This document shows, piece after piece, positions 10,963-28,800 of a stretch of DNA of 32,000 nt. The stretch is from Mycoplasmoides genitalium G37 (GTDB taxonomy: Bacteria > Bacillota_I > Bacilli_A > Mycoplasmatales > Mycoplasmoidaceae). A program made the position numbers and the translations under genes. The stretch spans positions 150,001-182,000 of the forward strand of contig NC_000908.2 of the NCBI RefSeq assembly GCF_000027325.1, read 5' to 3'. Under the pieces are notes generated by a model. It saw nothing but the letters and a program-made list of their open reading frames with translations, had not been told where the DNA came from and did no database searches. The first letter of the stretch is position 1, and the number at the start of each line of letters is the position of its first letter.

Positions 10963-12435
10963 ATGAGTGATCGTTTAAATGATCAAGCCCAACATCGCTT
11001 GCAGAAACTTTTAAGGTTAAAACAAACTAATAATGACCCTTATTTAGTAACAAAAACTAGTCTAACCCATTCTTCAAAAAGCTTTCAAGTTGAATTTGAA
11101 AAATGTTCAGAAGAAGAGTTGAAGAAAAAAGCAACTGTCTCACTAGCTGGAAGGATCATTGCTATTAGACAAACCTTTTTAATTATTCAAGATTTTGATG
11201 GTCAAGTCCAACTTTACATCAATAAAAAAATCCATCCTAAGTTATTTGATTACTTTAATGAATTTGTTGATATTGGTGATCAAATTGTTGTTAGTGGTAA
11301 GCCAATGTTAACTAAAACAAAGGTATTAACTTTAGCTGTTGAAGAGATGAAAATCATTGCTAAGTGTTTATTGGTTCCACCTGAAAAGTGACATGGACTT
11401 ACTGATATTGAAACCCGCGCTCGCAAGCGCTTTCTTGATCTTACCTATAACTTAGCAATGCGTGATGTTTTTCTGAAACGCACTAAGATTATTAAATCAA
11501 TCCGTAGCTTTCTTGATCAAAATGGTTTTATTGAAGTTGAAACCCCCACTTTACAAGCTGTTTTAGGAGGAGCTAATGCTAAACCCTTTAAAACCCATTA
11601 CAATGCTTTAAAAGCGGATTTTTATCTCAGAATTGCTAATGAAATAGCATTAAAAAAACTCATTATTGGTGGATTTAACAAGGTTTATGAAATGGGTAAA
11701 ATGTTCCGTAATGAAGGGGTTGATACTACCCACAATCCTGAGTTTACCAGTATTGAAATATATCAAGCTTATGCAGATTTTGAAGTCATGCTTGTGCTTG
11801 TTGAAAAGCTGATTCAATCACTTTGTGAAAGCTTAAACCAATTTAGCTTTAACTGAAATAACAAAACGATTAATCTAAAAACACCATTTCATAAGATAAC
11901 AATGGTTGAACTTATTAAGAAAGTTACAGGGATCGATTTTAATTCAGTAAAAGATGATCAATCTGCCATTTTATTAGCAGAAAAACATCATGTTAAACTA
12001 GCAAAACACCAACAAAATAAGCAACACATCATTAATTTGTTTTTTGAACAGTTTTGTGAACAAACATTAATTGAACCTACCTTTGTAACCCATTATCCAA
12101 AAGCAGTTTCTCCTTTAGCAAAACAAGATCCTTCAAATCCTGAATTCACCCAACGATTTGAACTTTTTATTAATGGTAAAGAGATTGCTAATGCTTACAG
12201 TGAGCTAAACGATCCTTTAGAACAAAGAAAAAGGTTTGAACAACAACTTGAAGAAAAACAGCTTGGTAATGATGAGACAAGTGAACTTGATGAATCGTTT
12301 TTAGAAGCATTAAGTTTTGGGATGGTAAACACTGCTGGGCTTGGGATAGGTATTGATCGTTTGGTAATGTTGTTATGTGAATGTAATTCTATCCGTGATG
12401 TTGTTTTCTTCCCCCAGTTGCGTGAACATAAATAG
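10963..12435 (+). CDS. lysS: Lysyl-tRNA synthetase (class II)
   Basis: One table-4 frame joining ORFs 10921..11391, 11458..11856 and 11902..12435. Motif 2 [43 protein letters not shown] and motif 3 [16 protein letters not shown] at 10963; a TTG at 10921 is an alternative start. Confidence 0.96.
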
Positions 12436-13591
12436 TTTTGATATTTTAATTGTTGGTGCTGGTATTAGTGGAATAGTACTAGCTAACATCTTAGCTAATC
12501 ACAATAAAAGGGTTTTAATTGTTGAAAAAAGAGATCATATTGGTGGTAACTGTTATGATAAAGTTGATAGTAAAACTCAACTCTTGTTTCACCAGTATGG
12601 ACCCCATATTTTCCATACTAACAACCAAACTGTTATTAACTTTATCTCACCCTTCTTTGAACTAAATAACTACCACCATCGGGTTGGTTTAAAATTGAAA
12701 AATAACCTAGATTTAACCTTACCCTTTGATTTTCAACAGATCTATAAACTAATGGGAAAAGATGGTAGAAAACTCGTTAGTTTTTTTAAAGAAAATTTCA
12801 GTTTAAATACTCATCTATCATTAGCAGAATTACAACTAATTGATAATCCTTTAGCACAAAAACTCTATCAGTTTTTAATTAGTAATGTTTATAAACCATA
12901 CAGTGTCAAAATGTGGGGTTTACCATTTGCAATGATTAATGAGAATGTTATTAACAGGGTCAAGATAGTTTTAAGTGAACAAAGCAGTTATTTTCCTGAT
13001 GCAATTATCCAGGGATTACCTAAATCAGGTTATACAAACAGTTTTCTTAAGATGTTAGCCAATCCCTTAATTGATGTGCAGTTAAACTGCAAAGATAACC
13101 TTTTAGTTTATCAAGATGAAAAACTGTTTTTTAACAATAACTTAATAGAAAAACCAGTTGTTTACTGTGGCTTAATTGACAAGCTATTTAACTTTTGCTT
13201 TGGTCATTTGCAATACCGTTCTCTTGCCTTTAGTTGAAAAAGATTTAACCAAAAAAAATACCAAACCTACCCTGTTGTTAATATGCCTTTAGCTAAATCA
13301 ATCACAAGGAGTGTGGAATACAAACAACTAACAAACCAAGGTTCTTTCAAACCGCAAACCATCGTTAGTTTTGAAACCCCTGGCAGCTATGCAATTAACG
13401 ATCCTAGGTTTAATGAACCTTATTACCCAATTAACAATACACTAAATGATACTCTTTTTAAAAAGTACTGAAAAAAAGCAAGTAAGTTAAAGAATCTACA
13501 CCTTTTGGGAAGATTAGCAACCTACCAATACATTGATATGGATAAAGCAATCCTACTTAGTATTAAAAAAGCCCAACAACTGTTAAGTTAA
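12422..13591 (+). CDS. glf: UDP-galactopyranose mutase
   Basis: GTG start at 12422 gives [46 protein letters not shown]... (FAD dinucleotide-binding motif and GGN motif). ORFs 12377..13237 and 13283..13471 continue through TGA codons to TAA 13589-13591. Confidence 0.93.
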
Positions 13592-15387
13592 TGGAACAAA
13601 AAAACATTAGAAATTTTTCTATTATTGCCCATATTGATCATGGTAAATCTACCTTATCAGACCGCTTGTTAGAACATAGTTTAGGCTTTGAAAAAAGACT
13701 ATTACAAGCGCAAATGCTTGATACTATGGAGATTGAAAGAGAAAGGGGTATTACCATTAAATTAAATGCTGTTGAATTGAAAATTAATGTTGATAACAAC
13801 AACTATCTTTTTCATTTAATTGACACCCCTGGGCATGTTGATTTTACTTATGAAGTGTCTCGTTCTTTAGCAGCTTGTGAGGGAGTTTTATTGTTAGTAG
13901 ATGCAACCCAAGGAATTCAAGCACAAACGATTTCCAATGCTTATCTTGCGTTGGAAAATAACCTGGAAATTATCCCAGTTATTAACAAGATAGATATGGA
14001 TAATGCTGATATTGAAACAACAAAAGATTCACTCCATAACTTATTAGGAGTTGAAAAGAACAGTATCTGTTTAGTATCTGCAAAAGCTAACTTAGGGATT
14101 GATCAGTTAATTCAAACAATTATAGCTAAGATCCCCCCACCAAAAGGAGAAATTAATAGACCTTTAAAAGCATTACTCTTTGATAGTTACTATGATCCTT
14201 ACAAGGGGGTTGTTTGTTTTATTAGGGTATTTGATGGTTGTTTAAAGGTTAATGATAAGGTTCGTTTTATTAAAAGTAATTCTGTTTACCAAATTGTGGA
14301 ACTAGGGGTTAAAACCCCATTTTTTGAAAAAAGAGATCAATTGCAAGCAGGAGATGTTGGTTGGTTTTCAGCAGGGATAAAAAAACTTCGTGATGTTGGG
14401 GTTGGTGATACTATTGTTAGTTTTGATGATCAATTTACAAAACCCCTAGCAGGTTATAAAAAGATCTTACCCATGATCTATTGTGGTTTATATCCAGTTG
14501 ATAACAGTGATTATCAAAACCTCAAGTTAGCGATGGAAAAGATCATAATCAGTGATGCAGCATTGGAATATGAATATGAAACATCCCAAGCGTTAGGTTT
14601 TGGGGTTAGGTGTGGTTTTCTAGGTCTTTTACATATGGATGTTATTAAAGAAAGATTGGAAAGAGAATACAACCTAAAACTCATCTCAGCTCCCCCTTCA
14701 GTTGTATATAAGGTGTTGTTAACAAATGGTAAAGAGATTAGTATTGACAATCCCTCTTTGTTACCAGAACGCTCCAAGATTAAAGCAATCAGTGAACCAT
14801 TTGTAAAAGTCTTTATTGATTTACCTGATCAATATTTGGGCAGTGTTATTGATTTATGCCAAAACTTCAGGGGTCAATATGAAAGTTTAAATGAGATTGA
14901 TATCAACAGAAAAAGAATCTGTTATCTGATGCCTTTAGGGGAAATTATCTACAGTTTTTTTGATAAGTTAAAGTCGATTAGTAAGGGTTATGCATCGTTA
15001 AACTATGAGTTTTATAACTACCAACATAGTCAACTGGAAAAAGTTGAGATCATGTTAAACAAACAAAAGATTGATGCATTATCTTTTATCAGTCATAAAG
15101 ACTTTGCTTTTAAGCGGGCAAAAAAGTTTTGCACTAAGCTCAAAGAATTGATTCCCAAGCATCTGTTTGAGATCCCTATCCAAGCAACAATAGGGAGTAA
15201 AGTAATAGCAAGAGAGACAATCAAAGCAGTTAGAAAGGATGTAATAGCTAAACTTTATGGAGGGGATGTTAGTAGAAAAAAGAAGTTATTAGAGAAGCAA
15301 AAAGAGGGTAAAAAACGCTTGAAAGCAGTTGGGAGTGTTCAATTACCCCAAGAGCTATTTAGTCATTTGCTGAAAGATGAAGATTAA
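13591..15387 (+). CDS. lepA: Elongation factor 4 (LepA)
   Basis: 598 aa. [37 protein letters not shown] and a LepA-type C-terminus. ATG overlaps the glf TAA (TAATG). Confidence 0.97.
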   Translation: MEQKNIRNFSIIAHIDHGKSTLSDRLLEHSLGFEKRLLQAQMLDTMEIERERGITIKLNAVELKINVDNNNYLFHLIDTPGHVDFTYEVSRSLAACEGVLLLVDATQGIQAQTISNAYLALENNLEIIPVINKIDMDNADIETTKDSLHNLLGVEKNSICLVSAKANLGIDQLIQTIIAKIPPPKGEINRPLKALLFDSYYDPYKGVVCFIRVFDGCLKVNDKVRFIKSNSVYQIVELGVKTPFFEKRDQLQAGDVGWFSAGIKKLRDVGVGDTIVSFDDQFTKPLAGYKKILPMIYCGLYPVDNSDYQNLKLAMEKIIISDAALEYEYETSQALGFGVRCGFLGLLHMDVIKERLEREYNLKLISAPPSVVYKVLLTNGKEISIDNPSLLPERSKIKAISEPFVKVFIDLPDQYLGSVIDLCQNFRGQYESLNEIDINRKRICYLMPLGEIIYSFFDKLKSISKGYASLNYEFYNYQHSQLEKVEIMLNKQKIDALSFISHKDFAFKRAKKFCTKLKELIPKHLFEIPIQATIGSKVIARETIKAVRKDVIAKLYGGDVSRKKKLLEKQKEGKKRLKAVGSVQLPQELFSHLLKDED

Positions 15388-15470
15388 CATTTTTATAATT
15401 TGTTATTCTTTTGTATTGGTTGATACTTTAACAAAGTATTCACAATAAAATTTCAACACTAATATAAACA

Positions 15471-17180
15471 ATGATAAAGGATTTTAATCCTGGTGATTTT
15501 ATTGGTAAAAAACCAACTAAAATCTATGCTTTTGGTGGTATCCAAGAAGTTGGTAAAAACATGTATGGGATTGAATATGATGATGAAATCATCATTATTG
15601 ACTGTGGCATTAAATTTGCTAGTGATGATCTACTTGGCATCAATGGGATTATCCCTAGTTTTGAACACTTAATTGAAAACCAAAGTAAGGTTAAAGCATT
15701 GTTTATTACCCATGGTCATGAAGACCATATTGGGGGTGTACCATACCTTTTAAAGCAGGTTGATATTCCTGTTATCTACGCACCAAGGATCGCAGCATCA
15801 TTAATCTTGAAAAAGGTTAATGAGCACAAGGATGCTAAGCTCAATAAGATAGTTACTTTTGATGATTTTAGTGAGTTTCAAACCAAACACTTCAAAATTG
15901 ATTTTTACCGGGTAAACCACTCGATTCCCGATGCTTTTGGAATCTGTGTGCAAACCCCTAATGGCAACATTGTTCAAAGCGGTGACTACCGGTTTGATTT
16001 TGCTGCTGGGAGTGAGATGTTAGATGTTCATAAAGTAGTGAAAATTGCCGAGCGCAATGTCCATGTTTTTATGAGTGAATCTACTAATGCTGAAGTACCA
16101 GGTTTTTCCCAAAGTGAAAAGTTAATTTACAGAAACATCCAAAAGATCTTAAAAGAAGCAAGGGGTAGGGTTATTTTAACTACTTTTGCATCTAACATCA
16201 CACGGATTAATGAAATTATTGAGATTGCTTTAAACAACAAACGCAAGATCTGTTTATTGGGTAAATCAATGGATGTTAATGTTAATATTTCACGCAAAAT
16301 TGGATTGATGGCAATTGATAGTAATGATATTGTGGAAGTTCGTGATATCAAAAACTATCCTGATCGTAATATCTTAATCTTGTGCACTGGTTCACAAGGT
16401 GAGGAGGCTGCTGCTTTAAACACAATGGCACGTGGTAAGCATAATTGGGTGAGCTTAAAATCAACTGACACCATTATTATGTCTTCAAATCCAATTCCAG
16501 GTAATTATGCTGCAGTTGAAAACTTGCTTAATGAACTCTCTAAGTTTGGTGTTGCTATTTATGAAAATTCATCCCAACTAAAACTACATGCCTCAGGTCA
16601 TGCCACTCAACAAGAGTTACAGTTGATGCTAAATTTAATGTTTCCTAAATACTTAATTCCTATCCATGGTGAATTTAAGATGATGCGAACCATAAAAAAC
16701 ATTGCTAATGAATGTGGCATTAAAAGCGAGGATGTGGCGCTTTTAAGTAATGGCCAAGTAATGTATTTAATTGATGAAGAACTTTATTATTCCAATGAAA
16801 TTATTAATGCTGATCCTATTTATATAGAGAGTCATAACTCTTCTCCTGATCTTGCAAGAATAATTAAGCAAAGACAAATCCTTAGTCGTGATGGGATGTT
16901 TGCTGTTATTGTTGTTTTTGATAAGAATAATAACATCATTGGGATTCCAACCTTAATAACAAGGGGTTGTTTCTTTGCACTTGATTCCAATCCTTTAATG
17001 ACAAAGATAGCCCATTCTGTTAAAAGAACTTTAGAAAGTGTTATCCAAAGTAAGAAGTTTAATAGTCATGAACAACTAACAAAGGAATTGAAACGAGTTT
17101 GTAAGGAAACTGTTTCTTACTTTATCTGAAAAAATAAAAACCGTAATCCCTTAATTTCAACTGTGCTTTCCTGGATCTAA
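15471..17180 (+). CDS. rnj: Ribonuclease J (metallo-beta-lactamase family)
   Basis: ALFITHGHEDHIGGVPYLL, NSSPDLARIIK..., SGHAT. Frame continues past TGA 17127-17129 (Trp) to TAA 17178-17180. About 569 aa. Confidence 0.93.
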
Positions 17181-17610
17181 TTCCCCCAACCTCTATTTTC
17201 TGTTACTAGTGCCAAAAGTGGTATTAGAGTACCACAACCTGAATAACCAAGTAGTCAAAGAGAGTTTGGAAGTGGAAGCAACCCAATCATCCTTCAACCC
17301 CACCCAAAGGTTGAAGAGTGGGAGTCCAATGAAGGATACAGGAAAGATGGGGGAGAAACTCAGTGAAACAACTGCTTCATCCATGAGTGGTATGGCTACA
17401 TCCACTCGAGCCAAGGCCCTTAAGATAGAGGTGGAAAGGGGGAGTAATGTCAATCAAGGCGAACTACAATCCAACGACTTTGCCAAAAAGCCGTTTAAAG
17501 ATGAGAGCAATAAGAAGTTGGATTCACAGAAGGAGTTTCCCCAAGGAAAGGTTTGAAAACCGGTGTTGAGTACAGATGAGATAACAAGAGAGAGGGGGAT
17601 GGGGGCGACT
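17181..17610 (+). repeat. MgPa repeat (MgPar) segment resembling an N-terminal part of mgpB (P140 adhesin)
   Basis: Frame SPNLYFLLLVPKVVLEYHNLNNQVVKESLEVEATQSSFNPTQRLKSGSPMKDTGKMGEKLSETTASSMSGMATSTRAKALKIEVERGS..., matched from memory to the MgPa P140 protein. No start codon or signal sequence. GC visibly higher than the flanking genes. Confidence 0.82.
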
Positions 17611-18175
17611 TAGACTTTCTCCCCTGAATCGGCAATGGTAAACCCTTCTCCAACTCCCCCTCCCCTTCAACTTCTGCTTCCTCAACCCCCCTCCCCACTT
17701 TTTCTAACATCAATGTTGGGGTTAAATCAATGATCACTCAACATTTAAATAAAGAAAACACCCGGTGGGTGTTTATACCTAACTTTTCACCTGACATCTG
17801 AACAGGAGCAGGTTATAGAAAAGCTAATAACAACAATAACGGCATTCCTTTTGAACAGGTGAAACCTAGCAATAGTAGTACCCCCTTTAATCCCACCTCA
17901 GCTGGTGGCTCCTCAGCCAAAAAAACAACCACCTATTCCTTTTTACCCAATTCCATCAGTCCCACCAGTGACTGGATCAACGCATTGACTTTCACTAATA
18001 AGAATAACCCGCAACGAAATCAACTGTTGTTAAGAGCACTGTTAGGAACTATTCCGGTCTTGATCAATAAGAGTGGGGATAGTAATGATCAATTTAACAA
18101 GGATAGTGAGCAGAAATGGGATAAAACGAATGAAAAAGATGGGAATTTACCTGGGTTTGGGGAGGTGAATGGTGG
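17611..18175 (+). repeat. MgPar segment resembling a later part of mgpB
   Basis: With TGA=Trp: DFLPWIGNGKPFSNSPSPSTSASSTPLPTFSNINVGVKSMITQHLNKENTRWVFIPNFSPDIWTGAGYRKANNNNGIPFEQVKPSNSSTPFNPTSAGG...LTFTNKNNPQRNQLLLRALLGTIPVLINKSGDSNDQFNKDSEQKWDKTNEKDGNLPGFGEVNG. Resembles P140, joined out of frame to the preceding segment. Confidence 0.82.
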
Positions 18176-18204
18176 TTTTTATAAGATTTTTACTTATTTA
18201 ATAG

Positions 18205-18360
18205 TTAAAAAAGTTTTGAATTTTTCTTAGTTTTTTATTTGTTTAATATTTAAGAAAGTCTCAAATTTTTATCAGTTTATTGGTCAAAGAAGTCGCAAAT
18301 TTTTCTTAGTTTTTTATTTGCTTAATGGTTAAAAAAGCGTTAGTTTTTACCTTTATTTAA

Positions 18361-18375
<15 letters not shown>
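18205..18375 (+). repeat. AT-rich spacer with imperfect approximately 40-nt tandem repeats
   Basis: AATTTTTCTTAGTTTTTTATTTG(T/C)TTAAT occurs at 18219-18247 and 18298-18326, with a degenerate intermediate copy (AAAGTCTCAAATTTTTATCAGTTTATTGGTC) between them. Confidence 0.65.
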
Positions 18376-19815
<1,440 letters not shown>

Positions 19816-19937
19816 AGAGAATTCACCCAAATTATTTACTTATTTATTAACTATTGTTACCCAATTTTTCTCTTTTTATTTGTTGTTTTTTTACTAATTA
19901 AATAAGCAGTCTTTCTTACAAAAAAGAAAAATTCATA

Positions 19938-19943
19938 TATAAT
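19938..19943 (+). promoter_or_regulatory. Candidate -10 box of the rRNA operon promoter
   Basis: TATAAT in CATATATAATCTTTGCG, about 70 nt upstream of the 16S 5' end. No convincing -35 box. Confidence 0.5.
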
Positions 19944-19978
19944 CTTTGCGCTGTTAACACCTTTGTTAACGCCAAAAA

Positions 19979-19994
19979 TGTTCTTTCAAAACTG
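19979..19994 (+). promoter_or_regulatory. boxA-like antitermination element, 16S leader
   Basis: TGTTCTTTCAAAACTG, close to the Gram-positive rrn boxA pattern TGTTCTTTGAAAACT. A 14-nt identical copy lies at 21667-21680. Confidence 0.6.
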
Positions 19995-20010
19995 GATGCA
20001 ATCTGTCAAT

Positions 20011-21529
<1,519 letters not shown>

Positions 21530-21666
21530 CAAATGGAGTTTTTATTTTTTATTTATCTTAAACACCCATTAATTTTTTCGGTGTTAAAACCCAAATCAAT
21601 GTTTGGTCTCACAACTAACACATTTGGTCAGTTTGTATCCAGTTCTGAAAGAATGTTTTTGAACAG

Positions 21667-21680
21667 TTCTTTCAAAACTG
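21667..21680 (+). promoter_or_regulatory. Second boxA-like element, 16S-23S spacer
   Basis: TTCTTTCAAAACTG, identical to 19981-19994. It is the 3' arm of a strong hairpin with 21641-21654. Confidence 0.6.
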
Positions 21681-21728
21681 AAAACGACAATCTTTCTAGT
21701 TCCAAAAATAAATACCAAAGGATCAATA

Positions 21729-24642
<2,914 letters not shown>

Positions 24643-24683
24643 GTTGATAAAAGGTATTTATCAACTAAAAGATTGTCGTTTTT

Positions 24684-24793
24684 GTTTGGTGCTAATATCG
24701 CTGTGGAAACACCTGGAACCATCCCGAACCCAGCAGTTAAGCACAGTGGAGCTAAATGTAGGTAGTAATACTGAGAATAGGTAAGCACCAAGC
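24684..24793 (+). rRNA. rrf: 5S ribosomal RNA
   Basis: TTTGGTGCTAATATCGCTGTGGAAACACCTGGAACCATCCCGAACCCAGCAGTTAAGCAC...GTAAGCACCAAG. The two ends are complementary. Ends approximate. Confidence 0.93.
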
Positions 24794-24802
24794 AAAAATT
24801 AA

Positions 24803-24838
24803 GGACTATAGGTTTAAAAACCTATGGTCTTTTTTTAT
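24803..24838 (+). terminator. Intrinsic terminator of the rRNA operon
   Basis: GGACTATAGGTTTAAAAACCTATGGTCTTTTTTTATTT: 11-bp-class stem (one G-U) followed by a T-run. Confidence 0.9.
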
Positions 24839-24875
24839 TTAATGAATAGTTTTTATAACTAATTTATCTAAAAAA

Positions 24876-25665
24876 ATCGAACAACCTTTGACTAAGTATA
24901 CGCTCAATGGCAGTTTGGCCAAAGAGAAGGGCAAAAGCCAGATAGAGGTGCATCTGGGTAGTGGGCAAGCAACTAATTGATCCACTCAACGCGCCACTCC
25001 ATTGGTCTGAATGACAATCCCAGCCCAAATGCTTCAACTGGGTTTAAACTCACTACCGGCAACGCTTATAGAAAATTGGATCAATCCTGACCAATTTATC
25101 AACTAATTGATGGGACCAAGCAGGGCAAAGGGAAGGATAGTAATGGGTGGAATAGTGAAGAAAATACGGCAGCAGGGGATGCGCCTCTTGTTTCAACAAG
25201 TGGAGGTGGTTCTTCTGGAACATTTAATAAATACCTCAACACCAAACAAGCGTTAGAAAGGATCGGCATCTTGTTTGAAAGTAATGGAGAGGCGAGGAAT
25301 GTGGTTAGCCTCCTTCCAACTCTACCAACCCAACAAGGTGAAGGCTTACCAAACCACTAACACCTACAACAGGTTAATTGAACCTGACAAGTGACAATCA
25401 AGTAGTGATTTGAACAATATGACCAACTTGTTAAAACTCCTAACAACTAAAAACATCAAAGCGAAATTGGGGAAGGACACCCAATCAATGGGAAATAATA
25501 ATGGAGGGGGTGTTAGTCAAACCTTTTCCTTTGTTGTTCCTTATTCAATGAATCATACAAATACGGGAACTAGTGGAACCATTAAAACTGCTTATCCAGT
25601 GAAAAAAGATGAAGCTTCCCAAGTAGCGATCAATTCCTTGATCAACGCTACGCCATTGAATAGTT
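24876..25665 (+). repeat. Second MgPar element: mosaic of mgpC-like and mgpB-like segments
   Basis: mgpC-like (EQPLTKYTLNGSLAKEKGKSQIEVHLGSGQA..., ...FNKYLNTKQALERIGILFESNG), then mgpB-like (FQLYQPNKVKAYQTTNTYNRLIEP...MTNLLKLLTTKNIKAKLGKDTQSMGNNNGGGVSQT), then mgpC-like (FSFVVPYSMNHTNTGTSGTIKTAYPVKKDEASQVAINSLINATPLNS). Contains frameshifts and no complete gene. Confidence 0.85.
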
Positions 25666-25804
25666 AAAAACCTGATTTATTTTTATAGAAACAGTTACTT
25701 TGAAGATTCACTACTAATAATTTAAATTAAGCACTCATACTAATATATTAATCCCTTTAGATTGCTTAACTCTTTAAAACTTCCCTTTATAATCAAATAT
25801 CGCC

Positions 25805-28800
25805 ATGAACGACTGACAGTGACTGAAAAACAGACTTGTTAATTCCAAAACCAAATCTGTTAGTTTCTGATTACCACAAACCTCAAGTAATATCATTGAT
25901 ATTGCTGAATTAATTAAGTGCTGTAGTGAGTTAAAAAACACTTCTATTAATGGTTTAATTGACTTTTTGAACCAACAGGATAAACTTGAATTTAACTTAA
26001 CAAGATTAAAGGAGATAGATGTTGAAGATGGTAAGCAACTATTTGGGATAGAAACTAGTGTTTATAAACACTTTCAAAATGAAATTGCTCGTTTTTATAA
26101 ACAAGTAAACAAACACTTTCGTGAAACAGGTAGTGAAAGTTTGTTTTTAGCTTTACCAGTTATTGAAGGGATTAATGAGTTTAACGATATCTTTCGAGCT
26201 CCATTACTTTATGTTGGAGTTAAACTCAAAGTTTCCCCACGCTTTGAACGTTTCTGATTAGAAATTAACAAAGAAGAGATCTTTTTAAACCCTACTATTA
26301 TTGGAGTTGAAACCAACAAACGTAATAGTTTGTTTAAAAATAACTATGATACTACTAAGATAGATGTTAATGATGCTTTAAAGGTATTTAGTGAACTTGA
26401 ATATGAGTTTAGAATGCCTTTAACTTCTGAATTGAAGAGTTTTAGTAAAAAAGCAAAGAGTGATTTTAATACTGAAAAACGAACTAACTATCTTATTAAC
26501 AACGTTCTTTTGGGGATCTTTGATGTTAAGGGTGATCAGCTGTTCCAAAACTTTAATGAGATTCTAAACACTGATCCTGATGTATTAGATGAACTTCTAA
26601 AAGATAGAAGAGATCTGTTGTTAGAAAACCGGGAATTCCGTGAACAATTTGATTTAAAAGATACCTATCTCTTCAGTCACCTTGATATCTACCAACAGTA
26701 TGCAGTTAAGCAAGCTTTACTTGGTGATTTAATTATTGAAGGCCCACCTGGCACAGGGAAATCTGAAACAATTGTTAATATCTTAGTTAACCTTGTTTTA
26801 AACAACAAAAAAGTATTGTTTGTTTCTGAAAAAGTAACTGCACTTGATGTTGTTTACAACCGTCTTGGTAGTTTTAAACACATCGCACTTTTCAACGCTA
26901 GTGTTGCTGCTGAAAAGAAACGCTTTTATAACCAGTTTGCTGAGTTTGAAACTTATTTCACTACTTACTTTTCCAAGAAAGATTTGGATGCTACTTTACC
27001 AACATTTGAAGGTAAATGGGTGGATGATATTTTAGGGGCATTTCAAGCATTACAAGCTCTTTATGACACCAAGATAAATTCTGGTGAAAATCTGTTTAGT
27101 TTCAAAGAGATTGTCAGTAGCTTTCAGATGTTGGATGCTAGTTACATCAAGATTAAAGAATATGAACGTTTTGATGAGTGAGTGCGCGTCTTTTCAAATC
27201 CATTGTGATTAGAAAAACACTTAAGTTACCAAGAGTTGAAAAAAGAACTTAGTCAGCGCTGGAATGGTATTGATAATTTCTATCAGTTGCAATCGCTTCT
27301 AAACCAAACCAAAAAACGAAAGGTCTTAAACTATGTGTTGGAACACTTTGAACAGTTTAATACAGTTATCAGTCCTAAGCATGTTTTGTTCTACAAGCCT
27401 AGCAATAAATCACAATTGCTCTTAAAACAACTGAAACAGGATGTTGAACAATACACTAGTTTACAACGTTTCCAATCTCCTACTAAGTTTGAAACAATCA
27501 AGTTGAATTTCATCAACCAAGTTAATGAAAACCCAACCCCATGGTTCTTTTCTTGATTTATCCAATTTCATGCCAAGCCACTGTTGGAAAAACTCGTTAG
27601 TTTTGAGTCAAACATTATTAAAACAAAACAAGCTTATCTTAATGGGATTGAAAGCTATGTAGCAAGTTGTAAGAAACTGCTTAAAACAACTATTTTAAAC
27701 AACTTTTTTCAGCTTTATCAAACTAATAAAGATGAACTATTGGAGATCTGCAGACAAGCAAAAAACCCAGTTTTAAAAGAGATTACTTGGTGGTTTAAAA
27801 AACATTTTGAACTCTTAAAAAAACTCTTTCCAGTGCACATTATGACCCTTGAGTCTGCAGCAACTCTAACCCCTAACCAACGTGGTTTGTATGACTATGT
27901 GGTTATTGATGAAGCTAGTCAAGTATTTCTAGAAAGAGCAATTCCTATCTTATTTAGAGCTGATAAGTACATTATTGCAGGGGACACTAAACAGTTAAAA
28001 CCAGCTAACTTCTTCCAATCACGTGCTGAGTATGATGTTGATGAGGAGTTTGAAGATGGCAATATAGAAGCTGCTGTTCACTCCAGTTCTCTACTTCATT
28101 TTTTAAAGAACCGTTCAAGAATCTTAACTTTACTTAAGTTCCACTACCGCAGTGATTCAGCTGATCTGATTGCTTTTACTAATAACAGGATCTATGACAA
28201 TGAATTAATCTTTATGAATAAAGCTAATGCTGATCAAAGGGTTTTTATTGTCCATGATGTAATAGATGGTATCTGAAAAAACAACCGGAATCTCCAAGAA
28301 GCACGTGATGTTGTGCAACGCTTAGAACAACTAACAACAACCAATGATTACAAAAAGTCACTTGGTGTAATTTGTTTCAATAAAAACCAAGCAGATCTAA
28401 TTGAATATCTAATTGATAAACAAAACAATCCATTACTTAACGAGTGAAGAGAAAGACAAAATGATGTTGGTGAATATGAAGGATTATTTGTGAAAAACAT
28501 TGAAAATGTGCAGGGTGATGAAAGGGATATCATCATCTTTTCTTTAGGTTATGATCGTTCAGTAAATAGTTATGGTCCTATTAGTAAGCAAGGTGGAGAA
28601 AACAGACTAAATGTAGCGATAACTAGAGCTAAACAAAGAATAGAACTGTTTAAGACAAATAGAGGAGAAGACTACAATGGTTTAAGCTCCAGTTCCTTGG
28701 GTAGTAAACTGTTAGTTGAATATCTGCTTTATTGTGAAGCGATGGCTAAAAACCAGGGTGAGAAAATCACTTTTCAAGCGGTAAAAAGAAAAGAAACAAA

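Noticed and set aside
17193-17737. Minus-strand ORFs 17193..17453 and 17495..17737
   Set aside because: Antisense to the mgpB-like repeat with no protein-like features; they arise from the raised GC content of the repeat.
21530-21728. Search for tRNA genes in the 16S-23S spacer
   Set aside because: No cloverleaf or TTCRANNC-type T-arm seen. The spacer holds only the boxA/hairpin and processing sequences.
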